DNA of 64,000 bases from Candidatus Latescibacterota bacterium (GCA_965219455.1 OZ244744.1:960001-1024000), one strand, 5' to 3'. Shown: positions 1 to 9,779, counted from the first letter of the stretch. Made by a program: numbers and translations. The notes: generated by a model from the letters alone, not told the origin.

Positions 1-834
1 GAGCGTGGTGCCATCCGGAGAAAACGCAACACACAAGGGTTGCCACCCATTATCCAGAGGAGCCGCGGCTATTGTGCGCGATGGCACGTGCCACAGCAGG
101 ACCGTTCCATCGCCGGAACCCGAAGCCAGAATTTTCCCGTCCGGTGAAAAAGACACGGATCGGACTTCCCTCTCGTGGCCTTCGAGGGTGGCGATTTGGG
201 TGAGGGTCGCTATGTCCCACAACAGGACCGCACTGCCGCTGCGAGAAGCCGTCGCGAGGGTCTTCCCGTCCGGTGAATACGACATCGAGATGCCGAAGCC
301 CCAATTGTCGACGATTCCCGTGAGGGCAGCAGAGGTGAGGCTTCCGGTCGCCAGGTCCAACCGTTGTAGCATTCCGCTCCCGGAAACAAAAATAAAGGTT
401 TTACCGTCCGGAGACGGTACCAGATATGGCAACATTCGAGTTTCAAATGTAAATGTGTTCGTATTCGTTGCCGATGCCACGTCCCACAGCCTCAAGTCTG
501 TATACCCCCTTGACATCCCCCCCGAGGCAAGTGTGGCGCCATCTGAAGAAAAGGATAACGAAATCACACGTCCCGCGGGCAGGAGAGCGGCTACTTCAAG
601 ATCCTCCACCGTGTAGATCCATACACCAGTGCCACTTGCGACAGCCAGGAGTCTGCCGTCCGGAGAAAAAGCAATCGCCCGGTCCGAATCGCCAATTCTC
701 CCCTTCCCCATTCGAACCGTAGCGCCTCGAGGCAAGTTCCACGTTGGAAAGTTTTCGGAATCGCTAACGACCTGGGCGAAGAGCGGTTGCAGGCAGACAA
801 CGATCAGCAGAAACGAGCAAGCAAGATGCCTCAA
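1..834 (-). CDS. Secreted WD40-repeat protein, runs off the window edge
   Basis: Not in the ORF track. Manual minus-strand translation from TTG at 834 (AAGGAG upstream) gives a signal peptide, then WNLPRGATVRMGKG, repeated FSPDG motifs and LEGHEREVRSVSFSPDGKILASGSGDGTVLLW. The frame is open to position 1. Confidence 0.88.
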   Translation of the reverse strand, partial: MRHLACSFLLIVVCLQPLFAQVVSDSENFPTWNLPRGATVRMGKGRIGDSDRAIAFSPDGRLLAVASGTGVWIYTVEDLEVAALLPAGRVISLSFSSDGATLASGGMSRGYTDLRLWDVASATNTNTFTFETRMLPYLVPSPDGKTFIFVSGSGMLQRLDLATGSLTSAALTGIVDNWGFGISMSYSPDGKTLATASRSGSAVLLWDIATLTQIATLEGHEREVRSVSFSPDGKILASGSGDGTVLLWHVPSRTIAAAPLDNGWQPLCVAFSPDGTTL

Positions 835-1154
835 GCCCTAACTCCTTTAATGATTGATACCAGATGCGTGCAGTGGTGAAAGTTATATAATGCAACGTTA
901 CCGAAAGCCGAACATACCACATGTCTATCAAAAAACCTTATTATTCTCGCGGCAACGTGGCGGCTTATGAGTGGATCTTTCTGTAAACCGCCAGGTATAT
1001 CGGCCAACTGCCGTTGCAGTTCGGACCATGGGGCGCACTTTAGATGAGAATGCTAATTCCCAGATGGGAATCGATCAGGAAGGAAGAAGTGCAATCGGGA
1101 CGGCTTTCCAGGCTGGAAGCCGCCCTGCCAGAGTTATGCGCTGACTCACTTGCT

Positions 1155-1883
1155 TCAGACGGCCGCCACCGCCTCCGCCATCTCACCCAACGAGAAAAAG
1201 ACGAAGTCGGTTTTCGGCATCGTTTCCACCCGCTCTGTTGCGCCCCAATTCCCGCCCTCCGACAACCGCTGCCGGTCGATCCAGGCCGTGGCCAGGCCGA
1301 ACTTCCTTGCCGGAACATGGTCGTGGTGCAGACTCTGCGCGGTGTGCAGCACGTCGGATCGTTCCATCCCCAGGTCCGACTTCAGGTGGGCGAGCAGGTA
1401 CTCGAAGTTGGCGTCGGCCGGTTTGTAGGAGCCGATGTCTTCAGCGGTATAGATGGCGTCGAAATCGACGCCCAACTTGCGGTTCGACTCGGCGATGCCG
1501 TCGCGGTGAACGTTGGAAAGGATGACGAGCTTGTAGTGCTGCTTGAGGGCTCGTAGCGCATCGGCGGTGTCCCGGAATGCGGGCCAGTGCGGCAAAGAGG
1601 CGCCGAACGCCGCGTCGAGTTGGTCGTTAGTCTGCAGGCCGAGTCTCTCCGCCATGCGAGCGTGCACCCGGGCGAGCAGTTCCGGATAGCGCAGGCCGGG
1701 CGTGGCCCGCTCCTGCCGGCTCTCGCATTGCGCGAAGGCGCGCAGCACCGCGTCACGCGTGAGGCACGTGACTGAGTTACGCATCATCAGCGGCTGCAAT
1801 GCATCCCAGATTCCGCATTCCCAGTCAATCAGGGTGCCGTAGCAGTCGAAGGTCAGGACACGGTAGTCGGTCAGTACAGGCAT
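1155..1883 (-). CDS. HAD-superfamily hydrolase (haloacid dehalogenase type II-like)
   Basis: Motif I LTFDCYGTLIDWE, plus ILSN, SYKP and HTAQSLHHDH. Confidence 0.9.
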   Translation of the reverse strand: MPVLTDYRVLTFDCYGTLIDWECGIWDALQPLMMRNSVTCLTRDAVLRAFAQCESRQERATPGLRYPELLARVHARMAERLGLQTNDQLDAAFGASLPHWPAFRDTADALRALKQHYKLVILSNVHRDGIAESNRKLGVDFDAIYTAEDIGSYKPADANFEYLLAHLKSDLGMERSDVLHTAQSLHHDHVPARKFGLATAWIDRQRLSEGGNWGATERVETMPKTDFVFFSLGEMAEAVAAV

Positions 1884-2035
1884 ACGCTCGTTTCTACGGG
1901 TCCCTCAGTGTCCCGTCCCGGAAATATGTTACCATTCATCCGCCTGCCTCGCATGCTTCAGCAGGCAGGCCGATTCGTCCCGTCTCGCCACCGTGAGATA
2001 CAATCTTCGCCACACCCAAACGTCCCCTATTCCCT

Positions 2036-2130
2036 TGCCCTTTTTCTTGCTTCGCCCAAGAAAAAGGGCGAAAAAGAAGGGCGCCGCTCGGCGCGGGGCC
2101 GGTTTTTCCGCGAATCACCTCAGGGGCATA
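2036..2130. repeat. Dispersed palindromic intergenic repeat (CTTTTTCTT..AAGAAAAAG type)
   Basis: Similar to the reverse complement of about 9685-9779 and partly to 9240-9295. Internal hairpin ccctttttcttg/caagaaaaaggg. Confidence 0.7.
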
Positions 2131-2314
2131 AGCGGAAATTCGGTGGCCTACGGGCTCCTTAACTGTACCAATACAACAGTGCTGGTCGGATTCACACGGA
2201 AAAACCCCCATCGCCGCCACCGGACGGCGAGGAGTTAGACCTGTAAGGACAGCTTCCTGGAATTGCGGTTCTGCCGCTAGTCGCTATCTCCTGCGATCCC
2301 TGGGCGCGCCTGGT

Positions 2315-3115
2315 CTACGCCGCGGCGATCGTCTCTCGCAGGTGCTGCGCCGCCAGCCTGAACGTCTCCCTGTCGTCGCATTCGTTGACGTCCTGCCCCT
2401 CGAACGTGATCGAAATCACCCCGTTGAAGCCCGCCGACTTCAGAATCCCGACGATGCGCGGGTAATTGAGCCACTCCTCCCGGCCGCTGTCGATCTTGTA
2501 GATCTTGGCGCGGACTTGCGACGCATGCGGCGCGGTCTGTTCCATGTAGCGGTAGACGTCGACGTCCGGATCGCCCACGCCGCGATTCAGCCCGGGCGAT
2601 CCCACCCACTGGCCGGTGTCCAGGATAAAGGTGAAGTTCTCGCGGTCGGTTTCCCTGAAAATGCGCAGGACGTTGTCGCCCGTACTCGGGTGATTCTGAA
2701 GACCCACGATAATCCCGGCATCGGCCGCGAAATCGCACACTTCCTGAAAGCATCGGATCTCGCGCCCCGGGTCCCTCTCCTCCGGGGCCCCGCAGAAGAG
2801 CCGGATCATCGGCGCTCCCAGGAAGGCGGCCACTTCCACGTCGGCCTTCGCCTGCTCGACCTTCTGTCGCAACTCCTCATCCGTACCCACAAAATGCCCG
2901 CCCGACGCGAGATAGCCGATAGGAAGCCCGGCTCTCAGGCACTTTATCTTCAAGCCTCGCAGATAGTCGCGGTCCAGGGAGCCGAAACCCACGTCCACCC
3001 GGAAGTCGATGACATCCAGCTGCAACTCGTAAGCAAGCTCAATAAACGACTCGACGTCCGGAAACGCCTTGGGTTCTTCCTTGCCGAAATACGAAGCATA
3101 AATGCCAACCTTCAT
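2315..3115 (-). CDS. Sugar phosphate isomerase/epimerase (xylose-isomerase-like TIM barrel)
   Basis: AAFLGAPMIRLF, GLQNH and LDTGQW motifs; GGAGG RBS. Confidence 0.85.
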   Translation of the reverse strand: MKVGIYASYFGKEEPKAFPDVESFIELAYELQLDVIDFRVDVGFGSLDRDYLRGLKIKCLRAGLPIGYLASGGHFVGTDEELRQKVEQAKADVEVAAFLGAPMIRLFCGAPEERDPGREIRCFQEVCDFAADAGIIVGLQNHPSTGDNVLRIFRETDRENFTFILDTGQWVGSPGLNRGVGDPDVDVYRYMEQTAPHASQVRAKIYKIDSGREEWLNYPRIVGILKSAGFNGVISITFEGQDVNECDDRETFRLAAQHLRETIAAA

Positions 3116-3309
3116 TGCGAATCCTCCAATAGTGTCACGTCACAAGAATAGGTCACCATACAACCACCGATTCATCCCGTCTCGCAGCGTTGCTAAAAGG
3201 CGGTGAGACGGAAGAGGTAAGCGGTGTTAGTTGCTTTCCCGTATCACTCGTCCGTAAATGGACACTCGTTGTGCGAAACGAGAAGTGGGTTGCGCAGCGG
3301 AGCGCGAGA

Positions 3310-3520
3310 CCGACCCCCTAACCCCCTTCCTGAAGGAAGGGGGAACTGTCATCGCTTGAAGACATATCGACAGATAAATAACCCACGTGACATATTGTTA
3401 CGGGTCAACGCTTTCCTCCCCTTTCTTTTAGGAGAGGGGGCCGGGGGGAGAGGTCACGGGGCTGACGTCAACTGATCGGGTTTTAGATTCAAGCTGACGG
3501 CTGAGAACTGATAGCTGTTT
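3310..3520. repeat. REP-like G/C-tract palindromes followed by a CTGANAG-type heptamer repeat
   Basis: ccccttcctgaaggaagggg hairpin. 3434-3457 is the exact reverse complement of 9024-9047. The gctgacggctgagaactgatagct tract resembles 9055-9083 and 19685-19715. Confidence 0.7.
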
Positions 3521-3542
3521 TTTTCTACTTAGAATGTCCAAT

Positions 3543-4388
3543 TCACACCGCCCGGTTGGCCTCGTCGACGTACTGGTTGATGCCCGGCACTTCTCTCATC
3601 CCGTGCCAGACCCCCCGGAAAAGTGTCTGGCGTTTGGGCGGCAATGCGGCGATCACCTCCGGCGGCGGGCACCCCTTCCCCCATTTGGCGTTGACCGTGT
3701 TGTAACAGGTAAAGAGAGTCAGCCGGTCGCGGGTCTCGTTGGTCCAGCGCGTGCCCGTGTGGCAGAGGGCCTCGGTGAAAATCACCGCCGATCCCGCGGG
3801 GCAGGTATAGGTCTCCCATAGCGAACTCTCGCGGCCGCTGACTTCCTCCGGTCGCGGAAAGGCAGCCTTGTGACTGCCGGTGAGGAACATCGTTCCCCCG
3901 TCGCCGGCGCCCACTTCGTTGAGTTCCCACACCACGCGGGTCAGGCCCGAATGGACCTGCCCCGGCAGCATCTGGTAGATGTGGGAATTGCCGCAGAAAG
4001 AAAAATAGGCGCCGCCCCCGTGAGGACCGAAATTATCGTTCCCGGCCTTTCGATGGCTGGTGTACGTGTGGTCGTATCGAAACCCGTAACAGTCTTCGGT
4101 AGCCAACGGGCGATGGGAGAGGATTTCGTTGAGCACCCCCACCACCGCGGGATGATCCAGAAGCGCCTGCGACGGCCCGCCGTGGTTGTCCCGTTTTTCA
4201 GGGGGGAGCGCTTCGCGGCGGTAAAGAAAATCCATCTGATGCTGCCGGATCCGGTCGAGTTGCTCTTCGTGGAACAGACCGGGCAGACAGATCCAGCCCT
4301 TAAGATCGAAGGTGTACTTCTGCGCGTCGGTCATTGGTACCACCGGCAGACCGTCCGCATTCGTCGTGGGAAGAAGCGCCGTATCCAT
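3543..4388 (-). CDS. Phytanoyl-CoA dioxygenase (PhyH)-family Fe(II)/2-oxoglutarate oxygenase
   Basis: QKYTFDLKGW, GGTMFLTGSHK and FTEALCHTG motifs. Start moved to MDTALL because the ORF-track extension runs through a MITE. Confidence 0.85.
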   Translation of the reverse strand: MDTALLPTTNADGLPVVPMTDAQKYTFDLKGWICLPGLFHEEQLDRIRQHQMDFLYRREALPPEKRDNHGGPSQALLDHPAVVGVLNEILSHRPLATEDCYGFRYDHTYTSHRKAGNDNFGPHGGGAYFSFCGNSHIYQMLPGQVHSGLTRVVWELNEVGAGDGGTMFLTGSHKAAFPRPEEVSGRESSLWETYTCPAGSAVIFTEALCHTGTRWTNETRDRLTLFTCYNTVNAKWGKGCPPPEVIAALPPKRQTLFRGVWHGMREVPGINQYVDEANRAV

Positions 4389-4441
4389 CGTTGTCCTCGC
4401 TTGTTGGTTGCGGTTGTGCTGCCTGTCGGATCGGACTCTAT

Positions 4442-4600
4442 CAGTCCGTTGAAAAAGTCGCTCTGCAGGCGAGGCCGAGTCATTGTGGCCGAAGACAAGG
4501 CGCGCGACCGCGTCGAATCGGGGATTCGGGGAGGGAGTGCAACGCAGTAATTCGGCCACAAGGGCCGGACGCAGCCCGGATGGACTTTTTCAACGGGCTG
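4442..4600. mobile_element. MITE (non-autonomous element, IS5/IS1182-like ends)
   Basis: 18-bp terminal inverted repeats: CAGTCCGTTGAAAAAGTC (4442-4459) and GACTTTTTCAACGGGCTG (4583-4600), 17/18 match. Flanked by CTAT direct repeats at 4438-4441 and 4601-4604. No transposase. Confidence 0.82.
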
Positions 4601-4691
4601 CTATGCCAGACCTTCAGGCATCGTCCGATGCCGCAGGAGATGCTTCGTCAGCCTGGCGGCTTCCTCAGCATGACAGTTTGTGACCACGCAG

Positions 4692-4718
4692 CGGGCAGAC
4701 AGGAATGTCTGCCCCACC
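4692..4718. repeat. REP-like palindrome
   Basis: gggcagacaggaatgtctgccc hairpin. Confidence 0.6.
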
Positions 4719-5034
4719 TTCAAAACGGCTTCGACAGCATGACAGTGGGCGTTGAGCCGGTCGAAACTGCCCGATGCCAGAAGATAATTGCGCGGCGGCG
4801 AAAATACAAGAAGTGCGATGAACGCGGCTGCGGCGTTTAAGCCAGGTTGACGACGGTCGCTGGCAAATTTCGAATCGCCGCACGTGGAGCGGTGAGAAAA
4901 ATTTTGATCTCGCACGTTTTCCGTCTATATTTTGGTTAAATCAAATGCAAACCGATACTCGCAACAACGGTTTCGTACGACATTCCAGACCACAGCTTTC
5001 CAATACATCACTTTTAAAGACAGGAGCCCCGCAA

Positions 5035-6135
5035 ATGTCAGATCAATCCGGCGCTCACGTCACGGTCTACGTTGGCACCTATACGGACGACCGTACCGAA
5101 GGCCTGCACATTCTCAATCTAGATACCTCGTCCGGCGAACTCGAAGCCGTGTCGAAGGTACCGGACGTTCACAATCCCTTCTTCCTCGCCGCCGACTCCC
5201 GCGGCCGTTTCCTGTACGCGGCATGCGCCGTGGACGAATTCGACGGCAGACCGGGGGGCTGCATCAAGTCGTACTCCATCGATCCCGGATCCGGCGCCCT
5301 TACGCTGCTCAATGAGCAGCATGCCGGAGGCGACCTGCCCTGTTATCTCAGCGTTGACCGGACAAACCGCTGTCTGCTTGCCGGAAACTACGGGTCCGGC
5401 AGCCTGGCAGCACTTGCGATCGATGAGAACGGACAACTCGAACCTGTTTCCCAGGTCGTCCGGCACGAAGGATCCAGCGTAAACAGCGAACGCCAGGAGG
5501 GCCCGCACGTTCACTCCATTGTTCTCTCACCCGATCATCGTTTCGCGTTTGCCGCCGACCTGGGTATCGACAAAGTAATGAGCTACGGGCTCGACGCATC
5601 GTCGGCCAGCATAGAACCGACCGGGCAGGCGTTCGTTTCGACTCGCGCGGGTGCGGGACCCAGGCACATCGCCTTCCATCCCGACGGCGGCAGGGCCTAC
5701 GTGATCAACGAACTCGACAGCACCATCGTCGTCTTCGACTACGATGCCGAGTCCGGATTCCTCGCTGAACGCCAGATTCTCTCCGCCCTGCCCGACGACT
5801 ACGGCGGCGAGAACTTCTGCGCCGACATCCGGGTCCACCCTTCCGGCCGTTTTCTCTACGGCTCCAACCGGGGGCACGACAGCATCGCGGTTATGTCGAT
5901 CGACGGCGCTACGGGCCAACTCACCCCCCTCGGCCATGAGCCCTCGCGCGGCGCCTGGCCCTGGAACCTTGCATTCGATCCCGCGGGCAAGTATCTCCTC
6001 GCCGCCAATCAACGCGGCAACGCGGTCACCTGTTTCCGGATCAACCCGGACACCGGCGCCCTTGAGCACGTCGGCAGCCCCGTCGAAGTACCGGGTGCCG
6101 TCTGTGTCGAAATTCCATCCCCGACCGTTCGATAA
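5035..6135 (+). CDS. pgl: Lactonase family beta-propeller (6-phosphogluconolactonase Pgl/YbhE-like)
   Basis: VYVGTYT, RQEGPHVHS, DLGID, GAGPRH and YGSNRGHDS motifs; AGGAG RBS before 5035. Confidence 0.85.
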   Translation: MSDQSGAHVTVYVGTYTDDRTEGLHILNLDTSSGELEAVSKVPDVHNPFFLAADSRGRFLYAACAVDEFDGRPGGCIKSYSIDPGSGALTLLNEQHAGGDLPCYLSVDRTNRCLLAGNYGSGSLAALAIDENGQLEPVSQVVRHEGSSVNSERQEGPHVHSIVLSPDHRFAFAADLGIDKVMSYGLDASSASIEPTGQAFVSTRAGAGPRHIAFHPDGGRAYVINELDSTIVVFDYDAESGFLAERQILSALPDDYGGENFCADIRVHPSGRFLYGSNRGHDSIAVMSIDGATGQLTPLGHEPSRGAWPWNLAFDPAGKYLLAANQRGNAVTCFRINPDTGALEHVGSPVEVPGAVCVEIPSPTVR

Positions 6136-6136
6136 A

Positions 6137-7366
6137 ATGGCACCAACCACCACCGCCGGACCCCTCGCAGGATGTCGCGTACTGGAAATGGGCAGCACCG
6201 TTTCCGGTCCGTTCTGCGGCCGCCTGCTGGCGGATTTTGGCGCGGAAGTCATCAAGGTGGAGCCGCCGTCCGGCGATCCCGTGCGCCAGATGGGCAAACG
6301 CAGCCGTGGCCGGTCGCTCTATGCGGCCAGCATCCTGCGAAACAAACACCTCATCTCGGTCGATCTGAGAACACCCGCCGGACAGGACGTCATCAAGCGA
6401 CTGGCGGAAGCCTCCGATGTGGTTGTTGAAAACTTCCGGCCGGGAAAAATGGAAGAATGGAACCTGGGTTTCGACGCCCTCTCCGCGATCCAACCCGGCA
6501 TCATCCTCGTCCGCATCAGCGGGTACGGGCAAACGGGCCCCTACCGGCATCGCCCCGGATACGGCGTCACCAGCGAGGCCGTGGGCGGGCTCAGAGAGGT
6601 CACGGGCGAACCCGACCGCCCACCCAGCCGCGTGAGCATCTCCCTCACGGACTGCATCACGGGGCTGTACGCCGCCTTCGGCGCCGTGCTGGCGCTTTTC
6701 TCCAGAACCCGAACCGGCAAGGGGCAGGTTGTCGACGCGGCGCTGTACGAGGGGGCATTCAGCTTTATGGAACCCCATGTTCCGGCATTCGCCGCACTGG
6801 GGACGGTGCCCACCCGAACGGGATCCCGGTTGCCAAACAGTACGCCCAACAACCTCTATCCCACGGCGGACGGCGACTTCATCCACATTACCGCCGGAAA
6901 TAACGCCACCTTCGAACGCCTCGCGACCTGTATGGGCGCCCCGCATCTCGCTGCTGATGATCGCTTCAAGACACCGACCGCTCGCTCCCGGCACGAAGAT
7001 GACATCGACGACATCATTGCCGCCTGGACGGCGGCGAATCCGCTTTCCAGTCTCGAGCGGAGACTTGAAGCCGGCGACGTTCCCGCCGCCCGCATATTCA
7101 CGCTTCGGGACATATTCGCCGATGAACATTACAGCGCGCGAGACATGCTGCTGGAAATGCCGGATGACGTCCTGGGTACGGTCACGTTGCCGGGCGTCGT
7201 ACCCCGTCTCTCGGAAACGCCGGGCGCCGTGCGTTGGGCCGGGCGGGAAGTAGGTGTTGACACCCGGGACGTACTGACGCGAGTCGCAGGATTCGAAACC
7301 GACGAAATTGAAGCGCTGGTCCGGCAAGAGACCATATACACCGCGCCGGGGCCCACTGGCGGGTAA
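6137..7366 (+). CDS. CaiB/BaiF family III CoA-transferase
   Basis: GPLAGCRVLE, LADFGAEVIKVE, DVVVENFRPG, ISGYGQTGPY. ATG directly follows the lactonase stop. Confidence 0.92.
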   Translation: MAPTTTAGPLAGCRVLEMGSTVSGPFCGRLLADFGAEVIKVEPPSGDPVRQMGKRSRGRSLYAASILRNKHLISVDLRTPAGQDVIKRLAEASDVVVENFRPGKMEEWNLGFDALSAIQPGIILVRISGYGQTGPYRHRPGYGVTSEAVGGLREVTGEPDRPPSRVSISLTDCITGLYAAFGAVLALFSRTRTGKGQVVDAALYEGAFSFMEPHVPAFAALGTVPTRTGSRLPNSTPNNLYPTADGDFIHITAGNNATFERLATCMGAPHLAADDRFKTPTARSRHEDDIDDIIAAWTAANPLSSLERRLEAGDVPAARIFTLRDIFADEHYSARDMLLEMPDDVLGTVTLPGVVPRLSETPGAVRWAGREVGVDTRDVLTRVAGFETDEIEALVRQETIYTAPGPTGG

Positions 7367-7430
7367 GCGTCGGAAAACGCAGGAACCTGATGTCGTGGGC
7401 GAAGCATCGCCCGGTGTACAGGAGGTCCGG

Positions 7431-8996
7431 ATGAGCTGGCGGAAAGAGAGCGATGAACTCGAGGCGCGTCGGTCCTGGTCCAGAAAGATGGGCGGGGCCG
7501 AGAACGTCGAACGCCACCACGGTCAGGGAAAGCTCACCATTCGCGAACGCATCGATGCCCTGGTGGACGGCGGCTCGTTCACGGAGGTCGGGAGCCTCAG
7601 CGGCACAGGCGAGTACGACGAGGCAGGCAACGTCATCGGCGTCCAGCCCGCCCCCTACGTAATGGGCGTCGCCCGCATCAACGGAAGACCCGTGGCCATA
7701 GGCGGAGAGGATTTTACGGTCCGGGGCGGCAGCAGTCCCGGCACGCACCGCCGAAAGGGCGGACAGGGCGGCTTTATCGAAGACCTCGCGTCCAAGTATC
7801 TCATTCCGCTCATCAACCTCGCCGACGGGGCCGGCGGATCGGTCCGGGGCGCGGAAAAGCGGGGCTACACCGTATTCCCCGGCGTCAGCAGTTTTGGCCG
7901 CTCCGTCCAACTCCTGGGCGAAGTCCCTGTCGTATCCGCCGTACTCGGCAGTGCGGCCGGCGGGCCCGCCGGACGGGCCATACTCTCGCACTGGTCCGTC
8001 ATGGTACGACGCACCAGCCAGATTTTCTCAGGCGGGCCGCCCCTCGTCAAGCGGGCGCTCGGTGTAGAGGTATCAAAAGAAGACCTTGGCGGACCCGACA
8101 TCGCCGTCGACACGGCCGGCACCGTCGACAACGCGGTCGATACCGAACGAGAGTGCCTTTACATGATCCGGCGGTTTCTCTCCTACATGCCGCAGAACGT
8201 ATGGGAGCTGCCCCCCGCCGAGTCCAGCGACGACCCGGTTGACCGGTGCGAAGAGGAACTGCTGTCCATTGTCCCACGCGAACGCACCTCCCCGTATCCG
8301 ATGCACCGCCTGCTGGAACTGGTTGTAGACAAGGGCTCCATCTTCGAGATCCAGCCGACGTTCGGACGCGCGCTCATCACCTGCCTGGCGAGGCTCAACG
8401 GCCAGCCGGTGGGCATTGTCGCCAACAACCCCATGGTATGCGGGGGCGCAATGGGCGCCGGAGAAGCGCGCAAACAGACCCATTTCATCGAACTGTGCGA
8501 CTGCTTCCACATCCCGCTGATCTTTTTTGTGGACATCCCCGGATTCATGATCGGCACCGCCGCCGAGCAGGAGGCCACCCTTCGCGAAGGAATGAAGGCG
8601 GTCTTTGCGATTCACCGTGTCCGGGTACCCATCCTCACCCTCGTGATCCGGAAGTGTTACGGCATGGCCGGCATGGCCGCCGGCGACATGGACGAACTGG
8701 ACTTCAAGATCGCCTGGCCCTCCGGAGAGTGGGGATCCCTTCCCATCGAGGGCGGCGTCGCCGCCGCCTACCGGCGGGACATTGCCAACTCCGAGAATCC
8801 GGCAGCCCGCGAGAAGGAACTCGAAGAGGAACTTCGGCAATATGCGTCCCCATTTCGCTCCGCAGAAGCCTTCGCGGTCGAGGAAATCATCGATCCACGA
8901 GAAACCCGCCCCTTTCTGTGCAACTTCATCGCCCTCACCCGCAACCGCCTCCGCAACCTGCTCGGCCCCACCGACAAACGCGGCGTCTCGCCGTAG
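7431..8996 (+). CDS. Acyl-CoA carboxylase carboxyltransferase (beta) subunit
   Basis: GKLTIRERI, DFTVRGGS, DIPGFMIG, RKCYGMAG, IIDPRETR; AGGAGG RBS. Confidence 0.9.
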   Translation: MSWRKESDELEARRSWSRKMGGAENVERHHGQGKLTIRERIDALVDGGSFTEVGSLSGTGEYDEAGNVIGVQPAPYVMGVARINGRPVAIGGEDFTVRGGSSPGTHRRKGGQGGFIEDLASKYLIPLINLADGAGGSVRGAEKRGYTVFPGVSSFGRSVQLLGEVPVVSAVLGSAAGGPAGRAILSHWSVMVRRTSQIFSGGPPLVKRALGVEVSKEDLGGPDIAVDTAGTVDNAVDTERECLYMIRRFLSYMPQNVWELPPAESSDDPVDRCEEELLSIVPRERTSPYPMHRLLELVVDKGSIFEIQPTFGRALITCLARLNGQPVGIVANNPMVCGGAMGAGEARKQTHFIELCDCFHIPLIFFVDIPGFMIGTAAEQEATLREGMKAVFAIHRVRVPILTLVIRKCYGMAGMAAGDMDELDFKIAWPSGEWGSLPIEGGVAAAYRRDIANSENPAAREKELEEELRQYASPFRSAEAFAVEEIIDPRETRPFLCNFIALTRNRLRNLLGPTDKRGVSP

Positions 8997-9051
8997 GCGG
9001 TGCGCACAACCACCCCGCATCCAGTGACCTCTCCCCCCGGCCCCCTCGGAC

Positions 9052-9239
9052 AGAGCTATCAGCGGTCAGCCGTCAGCTTGAAACAAAAGGCGAAAACCAA
9101 CTTCATAGTCCATATCTCCCCAAATTCCCTGCCTTCGGCGAAAGTAACGGTCAGCTCTCAGCAGTCAGTAATCAGCTTGAAACAAAAGGCAGAAAGCAAC
9201 TTCACAATCCATATCTCCCCAAATTCCCTGCCTCCGGCG
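9052..9239. repeat. Two-unit direct repeat with about 99-bp period
   Basis: cagcttgaaacaaaaggc at 9074 and 9173; tccatatctccccaaattccctgcct in both units. Confidence 0.85.
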
Positions 9240-9510
9240 GGTTCCTTTTGAAGCGACCAAAAGGAACCAAAAGTCGCCGCTAGGCGCGGGGCCGTCCATA
9301 TGCACAGCACGAATTGCCTCCCTGGAAGCACATGATCCTCTGCCCTACCAGCCACCGTAGAACAACGATCCTCGGCGCTGGACGGAAACACGCGCTCTGC
9401 TCTGGTAGCGCTCTGGCATGGAACCGTGTTCGCAAATTGCGTGGTTTCCCGAGCGCGAGCAGCAATCAGCGATCGGCCTGGCGAAGCCAATCGGCGATAC
9501 GCGAGACGAG

Positions 9511-9540
9511 GAGGGCAACCACAAGGGTTGCCCCTACAAT
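9511..9540. repeat. REP-like palindrome
   Basis: gggcaaccacaagggttgcccctac. Confidence 0.65.
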
Positions 9541-9684
9541 ATCGTAGCGCGCATTGGTTTTGCGGCCACTCGCTTGTTCCTCTCACCCGCACGGAGGTGC
9601 GGATGGGGCTTTTCCGCGCTAATCCATTCAGCAACACGGTTTATGGATGCCTGCGATTTCAGCAGGCCACCAAACCAGGTAACT

Positions 9685-9779
9685 GCCACTGAGGCGATTC
9701 GCGGAAAAGCAGCCCCGCGGCGTCTGAGCGGCGCGGTTCTTTTTGGTCCTTTTTCTTACGCGAATAAGAAAAAGGACGT
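9685..9779. repeat. Dispersed repeat, inverted relative of 2036-2130
   Basis: Reverse complement cgtcctttttcttattcgcgtaagaaaaaggaccaaaaagaa..ttttccgcgaatcgcctcag aligns with 2037-2124. Confidence 0.7.

Noticed and set aside
5-616. Plus-strand 203-aa ORF with repeated PSGE motifs
   Set aside because: Antisense shadow of the minus-strand WD40 gene (FSPDG repeats).
840-1150. Possible riboswitch or ncRNA upstream of the WD40 gene
   Set aside because: Hairpins are present (e.g. near 1098-1125), but I cannot match a known consensus by eye; an Rfam scan would be needed.
4389-4559. N-terminal extension of the PhyH-like ORF
   Set aside because: It runs through the MITE; family similarity begins after Met at 4388.
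9052-9239. Possible CRISPR array
   Set aside because: Only two units, the whole unit is repeated without unique spacers, and no cas genes are present.
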